50,152 nt of DNA from Actinomycetes bacterium (lineage in GTDB: Bacteria; Actinomycetota; Actinomycetes; S36-B12; UBA5976): positions 1-50,152 of the forward strand of contig BJFU01000004.1 in the NCBI GenBank assembly GCA_014190035.1. The letters run 5' to 3'. The translations under genes and the position numbers were made by a program. Below are positions 40,370 to 50,152 of the stretch, in pieces (position 1 is the first letter of the stretch; each line of letters begins with the position of its first letter). The notes beneath the pieces are model-generated. The model had not been told where the DNA came from and did not search any database. It was given only the letters and a program-made list of their open reading frames with translations.

Positions 40370-41449
40370 TTAGTGCAGACCAATTGGTCTGTTCAAAGCC
40401 TCTTGAATCAAGTAATCAACTAATTCGTCATATTTCACACCACTTGCTTCCCACATACGAGGAAACATAGAAATTGAAGTAAAGCCAGGCATGGTGTTGA
40501 TTTCATTAACAATTATTTCGTCATCTTTTGTTAAGAAGAAATCAACTCGAGCTAAACCTTCACAATTAAAGTAATCAAATACTCGTGCTGCCAGAAGTTG
40601 TAAATCGGCTTGGATTTTTTTATCAAGTTTGGCTGGCACAATTAGATCTGCTGAATCATCCATGTACTTTGCTTCAAAGTCATAGAATTCATGGCTTTTT
40701 TTAACAATGATTTCAGCTGGCAGAGATGATCTGGCTGCTTTCTTATCTTCTCCAGTTATAACTGCACATTCAATTTCACGAGCATTTTCAATACTTGCTT
40801 CCACAATAATTCTCTTATCGTGCACACGGGCTTCTTCAATTGCTGCTTCTATTTTGGAAGCATCTTTAATCTTTTGAATACCTAAAGAACTTCCAGCTCT
40901 GGCTGGTTTCACAAATACTGGTAAACCTAATTCTGAGATCTTCTTTAGGATATTTTGCTTGTCGTTTTTCCATTGTGAATCAAGGATGGTCACAAAGTCT
41001 CCCACTGGAAAACCAGCAGTTTTTAGTAAAGTTTTTGAGGTAGTTTTGTCCATGCCAATTGCAGAACCCAAAACACCTGATCCAACAAAGGCAATGGAGT
41101 GCAAATCAATTAGTCCCTGAATTGTTCCATCTTCACCATATGGGCCATGAAGAACTGGAAAAATCACATCCAGAGTTATTAAATCATTTGGGGGAAATTT
41201 TGAAAAAGAAACTGGTTTATTGGATTGAATTCCCTCTTTTGTTACTTCAGGAAGTTCACCCTTAGCCAAAGTTAAAAACGGATTTTTGTCTTCAAAAACT
41301 ACCCATGAATTATCAGAGGTAATTCCCATTGGTACAACTTCATATTTATTTCGATCAAGCACATTGATTATGGAATTTGCTGAAATGCAAGAAATCGAAT
41401 GTTCAGAGGAACGACCTCCGAATAAAACACCGACTCTTATTTTCTCCAC
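40370..41449 (-). CDS. ddl: D-alanine--D-alanine ligase
   Basis: FGGRSSEH, LHGPYGEDG, GSSLG, NEINTMPG. Confidence 0.96.
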   Translation of the reverse strand: MEKIRVGVLFGGRSSEHSISCISANSIINVLDRNKYEVVPMGITSDNSWVVFEDKNPFLTLAKGELPEVTKEGIQSNKPVSFSKFPPNDLITLDVIFPVLHGPYGEDGTIQGLIDLHSIAFVGSGVLGSAIGMDKTTSKTLLKTAGFPVGDFVTILDSQWKNDKQNILKKISELGLPVFVKPARAGSSLGIQKIKDASKIEAAIEEARVHDKRIIVEASIENAREIECAVITGEDKKAARSSLPAEIIVKKSHEFYDFEAKYMDDSADLIVPAKLDKKIQADLQLLAARVFDYFNCEGLARVDFFLTKDDEIIVNEINTMPGFTSISMFPRMWEASGVKYDELVDYLIQEALNRPIGLH

Positions 41450-41459
41450 AGACTTGATT

Positions 41460-42479
41460 CTATTCGTTCTCTGCTGTGATTGGTTGATCAAGGAGTGCTG
41501 CCATTACATCGTGAGCATCATCCCCATCGCGAATAACTCTTAATACTTGAGCAGCAATGGGCATATCTAATTCATATTTGGCAGCGATTGCTAAAAGTGG
41601 TGCCAAACTTTTCGCACCTTCTACAGTTCCGTGTGCTTTTAATTGTGCTTCTTCAATAGTTTTACCTTGACCAAGTGCTTCCCCAAAAGTTCTGTTTCTT
41701 GACAATGGGGATTGAGAAGTAGCAATCAAATCACCGATTCCTGCTAAACCTAAAAAGGTTTCAGTCTTGGCACCAAGAGCAACTCCTAATCTGGTCATTT
41801 CTGCTAAACCTCTAGTAATTAATGCAGATTGTGTATTTTCCCCAAGACCTAAACCAACCGCAATTCCATTTGCAATAGCCACAATGTTTTTCACCGCACC
41901 TGCTAATTCAGTGCCAATAACATCTGTAGTCCAAAATGCTCTGAAGTAATTTGTTGCTAAAGCATTTGCCACATCTGCTGCCACATCTTCATCGGCACAG
42001 GCAATTGTCGTTGCTGTTGGTTGGCGATGAATAATTTCTCCAGCCAAGTTAGGACCACTAACTACTGCCACTCGATTTTCTGAGCATTTCAAAACATCAA
42101 TAATAACTTCAGAGATTCTCATTTTTGTTGAGTTTTCAACACCTTTAATCAAGGAAACATAAACTGCTGTTGGGGAAACAAAGTCTTGCCATTCCTCTAA
42201 GTTTTCTCTTAAAGATTGTGCAGGAACGGCAAAGAAAACTAATTCTTTTTTATCAAGGGCAACTTGAGCAGAAGTAGTTGCTGAAATTCGAGATGAAAGT
42301 TTTACTCCAGGATGAAACTTAGAATTCTTATTATTTTCATTTATGTCATTAACAACTGCTTCACTTCTGGCCCACAACACAACATTGTGTCCAGCGTCAG
42401 CTAAGACTTGACCACAAGCTGTGGCCCAAGCGCCACCACCCATTACCGCAACAGTTTTTATGGTCTTTCCTTTGTCCAA
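41460..42479 (-). CDS. gpsA: NAD(P)H-dependent glycerol-3-phosphate dehydrogenase
   Basis: GGGAWA, SGPNLA, AVKN, GIGDL, SRN. Confidence 0.95.
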   Translation of the reverse strand: MDKGKTIKTVAVMGGGAWATACGQVLADAGHNVVLWARSEAVVNDINENNKNSKFHPGVKLSSRISATTSAQVALDKKELVFFAVPAQSLRENLEEWQDFVSPTAVYVSLIKGVENSTKMRISEVIIDVLKCSENRVAVVSGPNLAGEIIHRQPTATTIACADEDVAADVANALATNYFRAFWTTDVIGTELAGAVKNIVAIANGIAVGLGLGENTQSALITRGLAEMTRLGVALGAKTETFLGLAGIGDLIATSQSPLSRNRTFGEALGQGKTIEEAQLKAHGTVEGAKSLAPLLAIAAKYELDMPIAAQVLRVIRDGDDAHDVMAALLDQPITAENE

Positions 42480-43180
42480 GGCATTCTTTGTGCCGGTGGG
42501 GTTTCGTTTCTAATCTGAGCTAATTCATTTGTGATTGCATCCATAATTCTAGATGTAGCAATCTTTAGCACTTCCCCTGTGATCTCTTGACCGTAAAGAT
42601 CACTCAGATCAACCGGTTTTCCAGCTTGGACAATCATGGTTTTTCGGGGAAAAAGTTTTAGTTTCTTGGAATAAGGAGCAAGCACAAATTGTGCTCCCCA
42701 ATGAGCAACTGGAATAACTGGTGTTTTGGTGGCAAGAGCAATTCGTGCTGCTCCAGTTTTTCCATCCATAGGCCAAAGATTTGGATCTCTGGTTAATGTT
42801 CCTTCTGGACTTAACACAATTGCTTCACCTCTTTCCACTCCACTTATTGCCCCGCGCACTGCAATTTTTGCATGACGAGAATCTCTATAAACAGGAATTT
42901 GTCCAGCTAAATAAACTAATTGACCAATTACTGGAATTTTAAATATGCCAGATTTAGCTAAGAATTTTGGTGGACGATCGTTGTCCCACATAAATTGTGC
43001 GACCACAAAGGGATCAAACCAAGAGTTATGATTCATGGCTGCAATAATTCCGCCGTCAAAGTTTAAATTTTCTACACCGCGGTAATCGCGTTTAGTTATT
43101 AAAACTAATAATGGACGAAGAATAACTACGATTAAACGATAAACAAATCCCAAACGAGACTTACGAGAGACGCGGGCCAT
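42458..43180 (-). CDS. Lysophospholipid acyltransferase (PlsC family)
   Basis: NHNSWFD, FLAK, PEGT. Confidence 0.92.
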   Translation of the reverse strand: MARVSRKSRLGFVYRLIVVILRPLLVLITKRDYRGVENLNFDGGIIAAMNHNSWFDPFVVAQFMWDNDRPPKFLAKSGIFKIPVIGQLVYLAGQIPVYRDSRHAKIAVRGAISGVERGEAIVLSPEGTLTRDPNLWPMDGKTGAARIALATKTPVIPVAHWGAQFVLAPYSKKLKLFPRKTMIVQAGKPVDLSDLYGQEITGEVLKIATSRIMDAITNELAQIRNETPPAQRMPWTKERP

Positions 43181-43199
43181 AACCTGTATCCAATCAGCA

Positions 43200-43234
43200 T
43201 GATGCCCGGTAGCAGAATCTGCGACCGGGCATCA
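43200..43234 (-). terminator. GC-rich hairpin downstream of hup (terminator or stabiliser; no clear U tract)
   Basis: TGATGCCCGGT-A-GCAG-AAT-CTGC-G-ACCGGGCATCA. Confidence 0.65.
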
Positions 43235-43251
43235 ACTTAAAAATCAGCGAT

Positions 43252-43647
43252 TTAGCGCTTCTTTTTTGCTTTTTTCTTTAGGCCTAGAATTGATTTACCC
43301 TTTGAAGCTTTTTTAGTAACTTTTTTGGTTTTCTTGGCAGTTACTTTTTTAGCTTTCTTTGCTGCTCTTTTTCCACCAAGCACGATTGCTTTGAAATCTG
43401 CTGCTGGACGGAATTTTGCAACTGTTTTGGCAGGAACTTTAACTGGAGCACCAGTCATAGGGTTACGTGCCATTCTTGCTGGGCGGTTTTTCTTTTCCCA
43501 GATACCAAATCCTGCGATTGAAACCTTGTCACCTGATGCAACTGCGTTGGTGATCGTGTCAAAAAAGATGTCTACGAAATCTAGAGCTTGACGACGGTTG
43601 GCTTCAAAATGTTGTTGCACTAAGTCTGCTAAGTCTGGCTTCTTCAA
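43252..43647 (-). CDS. hup: HU family DNA-binding protein with short Lys-rich tail
   Basis: IAGFG, R.ARNP.TG, FRP motifs; follows leuD. Confidence 0.94.
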   Translation of the reverse strand: MKKPDLADLVQQHFEANRRQALDFVDIFFDTITNAVASGDKVSIAGFGIWEKKNRPARMARNPMTGAPVKVPAKTVAKFRPAADFKAIVLGGKRAAKKAKKVTAKKTKKVTKKASKGKSILGLKKKAKKKR

Positions 43648-43842
43648 CTTTTTGAACCTTTCTAAAGTTCTTTAGCTTTTTATGGCTGGCAATAAAAGAT
43701 TTTTATTGCTGGGTCTAAAATTACGCAATAAAATAAGGGATATTTGCACGACACACCGAAAAAGTTCTTATTTTATAAGGAAAATTTTAATCAATATTCG
43801 AAAAATCGAAGATTTATCGAAGGAAAATGTTACTGGTGGGAC

Positions 43843-44430
43843 TTAGACAGTTTGAGGTTTGTAACTTGGACGAGACTTTTCAAACTCTGTAATCTTTGAT
43901 TCGTGACGAAGTGTCAGGCCAATGTCGTCCAAACCTTCCATTAAACGCCATCTGACGTAGTCATCAATTTGGAAATCTGCCACTAAATCCCCGGCTTTTA
44001 CTTGTCTTTTATCCAAATCAACTGTGATTTGGGTATTTGCGTCTTTTTCAATAAGTGCCCAAATCTTTTCAATCACATCTTGGGAAACTTCGGCTGTAAC
44101 TAAACCTGCTTTGCCAGAGTTACCACGGAAAATATCTGCATAACGAGATGACAAAACCACTTTGAAGCCATAATCCATCAATGCCCAGACTGCATGTTCG
44201 CGAGATGATCCGGTACCAAATTCAGGTCCAGCCACCAAAATAGTTGCACCCTTGTATTCAGGCTTATTTAAAACGAAGTTTGGGTCTTCTCTCCAGGCTT
44301 TAAATAGAGCATCTTCAAAACCATGACGAGTAATGCGCTTTAGATATTCAGCAGGAATGATTTGATCGGTGTCGACGTTGCTTCTTCGAAGAGGAAGAGC
44401 AGAGCCAGTATGGGTGAGAAATTTATCCAT
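43843..44430 (-). CDS. leuD: 3-isopropylmalate dehydratase small subunit
   Basis: [20 protein letters not shown]. Confidence 0.97.
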   Translation of the reverse strand: MDKFLTHTGSALPLRRSNVDTDQIIPAEYLKRITRHGFEDALFKAWREDPNFVLNKPEYKGATILVAGPEFGTGSSREHAVWALMDYGFKVVLSSRYADIFRGNSGKAGLVTAEVSQDVIEKIWALIEKDANTQITVDLDKRQVKAGDLVADFQIDDYVRWRLMEGLDDIGLTLRHESKITEFEKSRPSYKPQTV

Positions 44431-45830
44431 TATTTAATTTCATCTGGAGTTGAAAGATGACCTGTAATGGCAGTTGCGGCAGCTACTAATGGAGAAACTA
44501 AATGAGTTCTTCCACCTGGACCTTGACGTCCTTCAAAGTTTCTGTTTGAAGTTGAAGCAGCACGCTCTCCTGGTTTCAACTTGTCAGGATTCATTCCCAA
44601 ACACATTGAACAACCTGCACTTCGCCAATCTGCACCTGCTTCTTTAAATATTGCTGGCAAACCTTCGTGTTCTGCTTGAATAGCAACTTTGGCACTTCCT
44701 GGAACTACCATCATGCGCACACTAGAAGCAACTTTTTTACCTTTCAAAATTGCTGCTGCTGCTCTTAAATCCTCGATACGACCATTGGTGCATGAGCCAA
44801 GAAATACTGTGTCAACTTTGATGTCACGCATTTTGGTTCCAGCTTTTAGATCCATATAGACAAGTGCACGTTCTGCTGCTGTTTTCTCTGTTGGATCAGA
44901 AAATGAATTTGGATCTGGCACAACATCATCAATTGATACGCCTTGCCCAGGATTTGTTCCCCAGGTGACAAAAGCGGTTAATGTGTTGGCATCAATTATT
45001 ACTTCAGCATCAAATTTGGCATCATCATCAGTTTTTAAAGTCTTCCAATAAGCAACGGCGTCATCCCAGTCTTTGCCTTTTGGAGCATGCTCTCGACCCT
45101 TTAAGTATTCAAAAGTGGTTTCATCAGGAGCGATCATTCCTGCACGAGCACCTGCCTCAATACTCATGTTACAAATCGTCATTCGACCTTCCATTGAAAG
45201 TGAACGAATGGCTTCACCGCGATATTCCAAAACATAACCTTGACCGCCACCGGTACTAATTTTGGCAATCACAGCCAAAATAATGTCTTTAGCAGTTGAA
45301 CCTTGCGGAAGTTTTCCATTAACAGTTATGGCCATAGTTTTAAATGGTTTTAAAGGCAAAGTTTGAGTAGCAAGCACATGTTCTACTTCACTAGTACCAA
45401 TACCAAAAGCAAGAGCTCCAAAAGCTCCATGAGTTGAAGTGTGGGAATCTCCACACACCACAGTCATGCCAGGCTGAGTTAATCCAAGTTGAGGACCAAC
45501 AACGTGCACAATTCCTTGATCAACATTTCCCAGTGAAAAAATCTTTAAGCCAAATTCTTTAGCATTATTTCGTAATGCGTCTACTTGAGCACGAGATACC
45601 AAATCTGCAATTGGTTTATCAATATCTTGAGTTGGAACGTTGTGATCTTCAGTTAAAAGTGTTAAGTTGGGACGACGAACTTTTCTATTCGCTGCTCTTA
45701 AGCCATCAAATGCTTGTGGAGAAGTAACTTCATGAACTAAATGAAGATCAATAAAAAGTAAATCTGGTTCACCACTTGCTTGGTGCACAATATGTGCATC
45801 CCAAACTTTTTCTGCAAGTGTTTTACCCAC
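44430..45830 (-). CDS. leuC: 3-isopropylmalate dehydratase large subunit
   Basis: [34 protein letters not shown]. Confidence 0.97.
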   Translation of the reverse strand: MGKTLAEKVWDAHIVHQASGEPDLLFIDLHLVHEVTSPQAFDGLRAANRKVRRPNLTLLTEDHNVPTQDIDKPIADLVSRAQVDALRNNAKEFGLKIFSLGNVDQGIVHVVGPQLGLTQPGMTVVCGDSHTSTHGAFGALAFGIGTSEVEHVLATQTLPLKPFKTMAITVNGKLPQGSTAKDIILAVIAKISTGGGQGYVLEYRGEAIRSLSMEGRMTICNMSIEAGARAGMIAPDETTFEYLKGREHAPKGKDWDDAVAYWKTLKTDDDAKFDAEVIIDANTLTAFVTWGTNPGQGVSIDDVVPDPNSFSDPTEKTAAERALVYMDLKAGTKMRDIKVDTVFLGSCTNGRIEDLRAAAAILKGKKVASSVRMMVVPGSAKVAIQAEHEGLPAIFKEAGADWRSAGCSMCLGMNPDKLKPGERAASTSNRNFEGRQGPGGRTHLVSPLVAAATAITGHLSTPDEIK

Positions 45831-45865
45831 TTTTTATTTCTCCTTTTCTTTTATTTCGCCTCGTG

Positions 45866-45938
45866 TAGCCCCGACGGGATTCGAACCCGCGCTACCGCCT
45901 TGAGAGGGCAGCGTGCTAGGCCGCTACACAACGGGGCT
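45866..45938 (-). tRNA. tRNA-Glu (CTC)
   Basis: Cloverleaf AGCCCCG/CGGGGCT, anticodon arm CTGCC-CT-CTC-AA-GGCGG, T loop TTCGAAT; CCA not encoded. Confidence 0.95.
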
Positions 45939-45994
45939 GTAGGAAAATCCGTTTCCTTAATTCTAACAGCGTAAAGAAAAAGAGAAATTCGTAG

Positions 45995-47212
45995 TTAGCG
46001 AATTCTCACACGATCAGGTGTTAGTTCATCCAACTTTGTGATGCCCAGAAGTCTCATCGACATTTCGATTTCGGCTTTTAGTAATGCCACAACTCGATCA
46101 ACACCTTGTTCGCCACCTGCCATTAAACCGTATAAATAAGCTCTGCCGATTAATACCGCGTTTGCACCCAATCCAATTGCGGCCAAAATATCTGTTCCAG
46201 CCATTACACCACCGTCAATCAAAACTGTGAAATCTTTACCAACTGCTTTTCTAACTTCTGGAAGTAGTTCTAGTGGCACAGGAGCTTTATCCATTTGTCT
46301 GCCACCATGAGTGGAAAGAATTACTCCATCAACACCTGCATTTTTTAGCATTACGGCATCTTCAACAGATTGCACACCTTTAATTAATAATTTTCCATTC
46401 CAAACTGATTTAAGCCATTTAATATCTTCCAAAGTAATTGAGGGATCAAAAATCTTTGACAACAAATCAGCAACAGTTCCGCCACTGTCTTTCATGTCAA
46501 GGGAGGCAAAAACAAGTGGTTCAGTAGTTAAAAGATTCATCCACCATTTTGGGTATCTAGCCATACCGATCAGTGTTTTTAAAGTCAATTTAGGTGGAAT
46601 TGTTAAACCATTTTTAACGTCTCTGTATCTAACTCCACCAACTACAGTGTCAACTGTTAAAACAATGGTTTCATATCCTGAAGCTTTTACTCTTTCAATT
46701 AACTTCTCATTTGGTTCTCTTTCGCGTCTTACATATAACTGGTACCAACGACGCACATTTGGAACTTCTTTAGCTAAATCTTCTGGTGAAGTTGTACCAA
46801 GAGTTGATAAGCCATAAAGAATTCCATATTTTTCTGCCACTCGAGCAACTGCTGGTTCGCCTTCATAACCCATCATGCGAGTAAAACCAGTTGCAGCAAA
46901 TGCAAAAGGCAAAGCATTCTTTTTACCTAAAATATCTACAGAAGTGTCAACATTTGTGACATCTCTTAAAACACGAGGTGAGAATTCAACATTGTTAAAT
47001 GTTTCTCTTGCTCTATTAAGACTTGCTTCAGAACCAGATGCACCATCGGTGTAATCAAATACTGAACGAGGAGTTCTCTTGGAGGCTAATTCTCGAATAT
47101 CCCAAATGTTGGTTGCTTTATTAAGTTTTACTTGTTTTCTATTTAAGTTTGGCCATCTAAAACCAATTAGGGAAATTACTTCTAGGGGACGAGGAAGCCT
47201 GCGCTTAACCAT
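45995..47212 (-). CDS. lldD: FMN-dependent L-lactate dehydrogenase / alpha-hydroxy acid oxidase
   Basis: FDYTDG, LTVD, IKGVQ, STHGGRQ, IGRAYLYGL. Confidence 0.88.
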   Translation of the reverse strand: MVKRRLPRPLEVISLIGFRWPNLNRKQVKLNKATNIWDIRELASKRTPRSVFDYTDGASGSEASLNRARETFNNVEFSPRVLRDVTNVDTSVDILGKKNALPFAFAATGFTRMMGYEGEPAVARVAEKYGILYGLSTLGTTSPEDLAKEVPNVRRWYQLYVRREREPNEKLIERVKASGYETIVLTVDTVVGGVRYRDVKNGLTIPPKLTLKTLIGMARYPKWWMNLLTTEPLVFASLDMKDSGGTVADLLSKIFDPSITLEDIKWLKSVWNGKLLIKGVQSVEDAVMLKNAGVDGVILSTHGGRQMDKAPVPLELLPEVRKAVGKDFTVLIDGGVMAGTDILAAIGLGANAVLIGRAYLYGLMAGGEQGVDRVVALLKAEIEMSMRLLGITKLDELTPDRVRIR

Positions 47213-47269
47213 GAGGTCCTATTCCAGAGTAAAAGTTGTATACCAAAAATTACTACATCACTTGCTTTG

Positions 47270-47341
47270 CTGGGGTACTAGGACTCGAACCTAGACGAGC
47301 GGATCCAGAAACCGCTGGGCTGCCAATTACCCCATACCCCA
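47270..47341 (-). tRNA. tRNA-Gln (CTG)
   Basis: TGGGGTA/TACCCCA acceptor, GCGGT-TT-CTG-GA-TCCGC anticodon arm, CTAGG-TTCGAGT-CCTAG T arm; CCA not encoded. Confidence 0.93.
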
Positions 47342-47346
47342 CTGGC

Positions 47347-48825
47347 TTATTTCTTTAAGTGTTTTTCAATTCTTGAAATTACTTTTTCCCGTCCCATGAT
47401 TTCCATTGATTCAAACAATGGTGGAGAAACCCTTCTCCCAGTTACTGCTACTCGTAGCGCTGTAAAAACTATGCGAGCTTTTAAGCCCATTTCTGTGACT
47501 AAAACTCTATTTAATTCATCATGCAACTTTTCAGTTTTAAACTCTGGTAATTCCTTTATTATTTTCACACTTGCTTCTAGTGCTGGCAAAATATCGTGGG
47601 TTAAAGATTTCTCAGCATCCTCATGATCTACGACAAAATCTTTTTCTTCAACAAACAAGAAAGACAGCATTCCTGGAACTTGAGAAAGAGTTTCTAATCT
47701 TTCATGAACTAAAGGTGTGGCTGCCAGAAGCAAGTCTTTTTGTTCTTTACTTGGAGAATTTGGCAATACTCCAACTTCGATTAATTGCTTTTCCATACGA
47801 TTTGCTAATTCTTCAACGGAGAGTTTTCTGATCCAGTCGGCATTGATTGCGGTGCACTTTTTGATATCAAATCGGGCAGGATTAGCACTTACTCTGCTGA
47901 TTTCAAAGTTATCGGCCATTTCTTTCATGGAGAAAAATTCAATGTCATCACCAAATGACCAACCAAGAAGGGCCAAGTAGTTAAGTAATCCCTCTGGTAA
48001 GAATCCTTCTCTGCGATACATCAACAAGCTTGATTCTGGATCTCTCTTAGAAAGTTTTTTGTTTCCTTCACCCATTACATAAGGAAGATGTCCAAATTCT
48101 GGAGTAATACCTTGTCCTACTCCAATTTGTTTGAAAGCTTCATAAAGAGCAATTTGTCTAGGAGTGGAAGACAATAAGTCTTCGCCACGCAATACATGTG
48201 TAATTTCCATAAGTGCATCATCTGTTGGATTTACCAATGTGTAAAGAGGATCACCATTTGCTCTAACTAAAACATAATCAGGAATATGTTCGTGTTCAAA
48301 ACTTAATTCGCCACGTACTAAATCATTCCAAGTAATGGTTTTACTTGGCATTCTAAATCTTAAAACTGGTTCGCGACCCAATGCTTTAAAGTCTGAGACT
48401 TGTTTGTCAGTTAATTCACGACAATGAGCGTCATAGCCTGGTGTTTGGCCTTTTTCTTTTTGAGCTTTTCTTCTTTCCTCAACTTCATCTTGAGTGCAAT
48501 AACAGTGGTAGGCAAAACCTTTTTCATGAAGTTTTTTTGCAACATCTTTGTAAATATCCATGCGTTCACTTTGTCGATATGGTCCAAATGGTCCACCAAC
48601 TTCTGGGCCTTCATCCCAATTAAGTCCTAACCAGCGCATTGAATCTAGAAGAGCTTTATATGACTCTTCACTATCTCTTGCTGCATCTGTGTCTTCAATT
48701 CTAAAAACAAATGTTCCGTTGTTATGTTTTGCAAATGCCCAGTTAAAAAGTGCAGTTCTAACCATTCCCACATGTGGATCTCCTGTGGGAGATGGACAAA
48801 AGCGAACGCGAACTTTATTTGACAT
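47347..48825 (-). CDS. gltX: Glutamate--tRNA ligase
   Basis: RFCPSPTG.PHVG, RIEDTD, KKLSKR. Confidence 0.97.
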   Translation of the reverse strand: MSNKVRVRFCPSPTGDPHVGMVRTALFNWAFAKHNNGTFVFRIEDTDAARDSEESYKALLDSMRWLGLNWDEGPEVGGPFGPYRQSERMDIYKDVAKKLHEKGFAYHCYCTQDEVEERRKAQKEKGQTPGYDAHCRELTDKQVSDFKALGREPVLRFRMPSKTITWNDLVRGELSFEHEHIPDYVLVRANGDPLYTLVNPTDDALMEITHVLRGEDLLSSTPRQIALYEAFKQIGVGQGITPEFGHLPYVMGEGNKKLSKRDPESSLLMYRREGFLPEGLLNYLALLGWSFGDDIEFFSMKEMADNFEISRVSANPARFDIKKCTAINADWIRKLSVEELANRMEKQLIEVGVLPNSPSKEQKDLLLAATPLVHERLETLSQVPGMLSFLFVEEKDFVVDHEDAEKSLTHDILPALEASVKIIKELPEFKTEKLHDELNRVLVTEMGLKARIVFTALRVAVTGRRVSPPLFESMEIMGREKVISRIEKHLKK

Positions 48826-50152
48826 TTGCTTTTAGCAATCCGTAGGTAACAGCATCTGAAATTGCATTCCAAGAAGCAGCAATAACGTTTTCATGAACTC
48901 CAACGGTGTCCCATTGGGAATTGCCATCAGTAGTTTCAATCAAAACTCTTGTTACTGCCCCTGTGCCTTTAACGCCTTCTAGAATTCGAACTTTGTAATC
49001 AATAAGTTCTAACTTGGCTAATTCTGGATAAATCTTTTCTAAAGCTGCTCTTAAAGCTTTATCAAGTGCGTTTACTGGACCATTTCCGCGAGACGTTTGC
49101 TCCAGAAGTTTTCCACCAGCATTAACTTTTACTACTGCCTCAGTTGTAACTTCGCCACTTTCTGATTGTTCAACTGTGGCTTTCCAGGATTCAACGGTGA
49201 AATATTTTGGATCATGTTCACCTAATTCATTTCTTAATAACAATTCAAATGAGGCATCTGCTGCTTCGAAGGTATAGCCGCGAGATTCCATCTCTTTAAC
49301 TTTTTCAACAACTGAAGTCAAAACCTCTTTGTTGCCTTCCAAGTTGTATCCCATTTCTTTACCTTTTAATTCAATGGAAGCTCTGCCTGCCATGTCAGAA
49401 ACTAAAGTTCTCATGTCATTTCCAACAAGTACTGGATCTATGTGTTGGTAAAGCATTGGATCAATCTTTACCGCACTGGCATGTAATCCTGCTTTATGCG
49501 CAAATGCTGAAAAGCCAACGTATGGTTGATGTTGATTTGGATTGATATTAGTAATTTCACTTACCGCGTGTGCAATACGAGTCATTTCTTTAATTGCATC
49601 ACTTGGCACAACAATTTTGCCTTTTTTGAATTGCAAGTTTGCAACAACGCTAAATAGATTGGCATTACCACTTCTTTCGCCATAACCATTTGCTGTTCCT
49701 TGAACATGGGTTGCGCCTGCATCAACTGCAGACAAAGTATTTGCTACGGCACAGTTGGTGTCATCATGGCAATGAATTCCGATTCGCGCTTTTGTAGCAC
49801 TTAAAACTTCATGAACAACTTCACCCAATTCGTTTGGAAGCATTCCCCCATTTGTGTCACACAGAGCAACTATTTCTGCTCCACTTTGAGTTGCAGCATT
49901 AACAACTTCTAGAGCAAAATTCTTATTACTTCTATAACCATCAAAGAAGTGTTCTGCATCAAGAAAAACTCTTCTTCCTTCAGCAGTTAAGAATGCCACA
50001 GTGTCTTTAATCATGGCAATGTTTTCTTCCAATGAAGTTTTCAAAGCTAATTCAACGTGACGATCAAAAGACTTATCAACTAAAGTAATTACTTGAGCTT
50101 TTGAATCAAGTAGATCTCTTACTTGTGGATCATCTGGTGCTTTTACATTTGG
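48815..50152 (-). CDS. cimA: Citramalate synthase (5'-truncated by window edge)
   Basis: DAEHFFDG, LCDTNGG, GYGERSGNA, AHKAGLH, GNGPVNALD; frame open to 50152. Confidence 0.9.
   Translation of the reverse strand, partial: PNVKAPDDPQVRDLLDSKAQVITLVDKSFDRHVELALKTSLEENIAMIKDTVAFLTAEGRRVFLDAEHFFDGYRSNKNFALEVVNAATQSGAEIVALCDTNGGMLPNELGEVVHEVLSATKARIGIHCHDDTNCAVANTLSAVDAGATHVQGTANGYGERSGNANLFSVVANLQFKKGKIVVPSDAIKEMTRIAHAVSEITNINPNQHQPYVGFSAFAHKAGLHASAVKIDPMLYQHIDPVLVGNDMRTLVSDMAGRASIELKGKEMGYNLEGNKEVLTSVVEKVKEMESRGYTFEAADASFELLLRNELGEHDPKYFTVESWKATVEQSESGEVTTEAVVKVNAGGKLLEQTSRGNGPVNALDKALRAALEKIYPELAKLELIDYKVRILEGVKGTGAVTRVLIETTDGNSQWDTVGVHENVIAASWNAISDAVTYGLLKANVK

Noticed and set aside
45866-47341. 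tRNA-targeted integrative element
   Set aside because: No integrase and no duplicated tRNA 3' end; only lldD lies between the tRNAs.

Overview
Chromosomal segment of a low-GC, streamlined actinobacterium (gene order and proteins are actinobacterial, intergenic spaces are minimal; freshwater Nanopelagicales-like by inference). Most of it is conserved backbone on the minus strand: cimA-gltX-tRNA(Gln)-lldD-tRNA(Glu)-leuCD-hup-acyltransferase-gpsA-ddl-thiL-recG-rsmD-coaD-sepIVA-yceD-rpmF-rnc-mutM-smc-ftsY ... amtB-glnK-glnD-ffh-rpsP-khpA-rimM-trmD-rplS-lepB-rnhB. Two accessory stretches carry the interesting signals. The first (1-12.5 kb) holds a sugar-acid dehydratase with an FAD/Fe-S hydroxyacid dehydrogenase, a stand-alone 75-aa protamine-like gene built only from K/R/A/P, a cobalamin riboswitch controlling a lone secreted putative B12-binding protein, and a DUF2231-cytochrome b5 fusion. 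The second is a ~5.8 kb islet between ftsY and amtB with a GT4-GT4-SGNH-mgsA run preceded by a PHO-box-like 11-bp repeat array, suggesting phosphate-starvation lipid remodelling. The protamine-like gene and hup share an upstream CGGYGTGTC motif at identical spacing. No CRISPR array, rRNA, prophage or transposase was seen.
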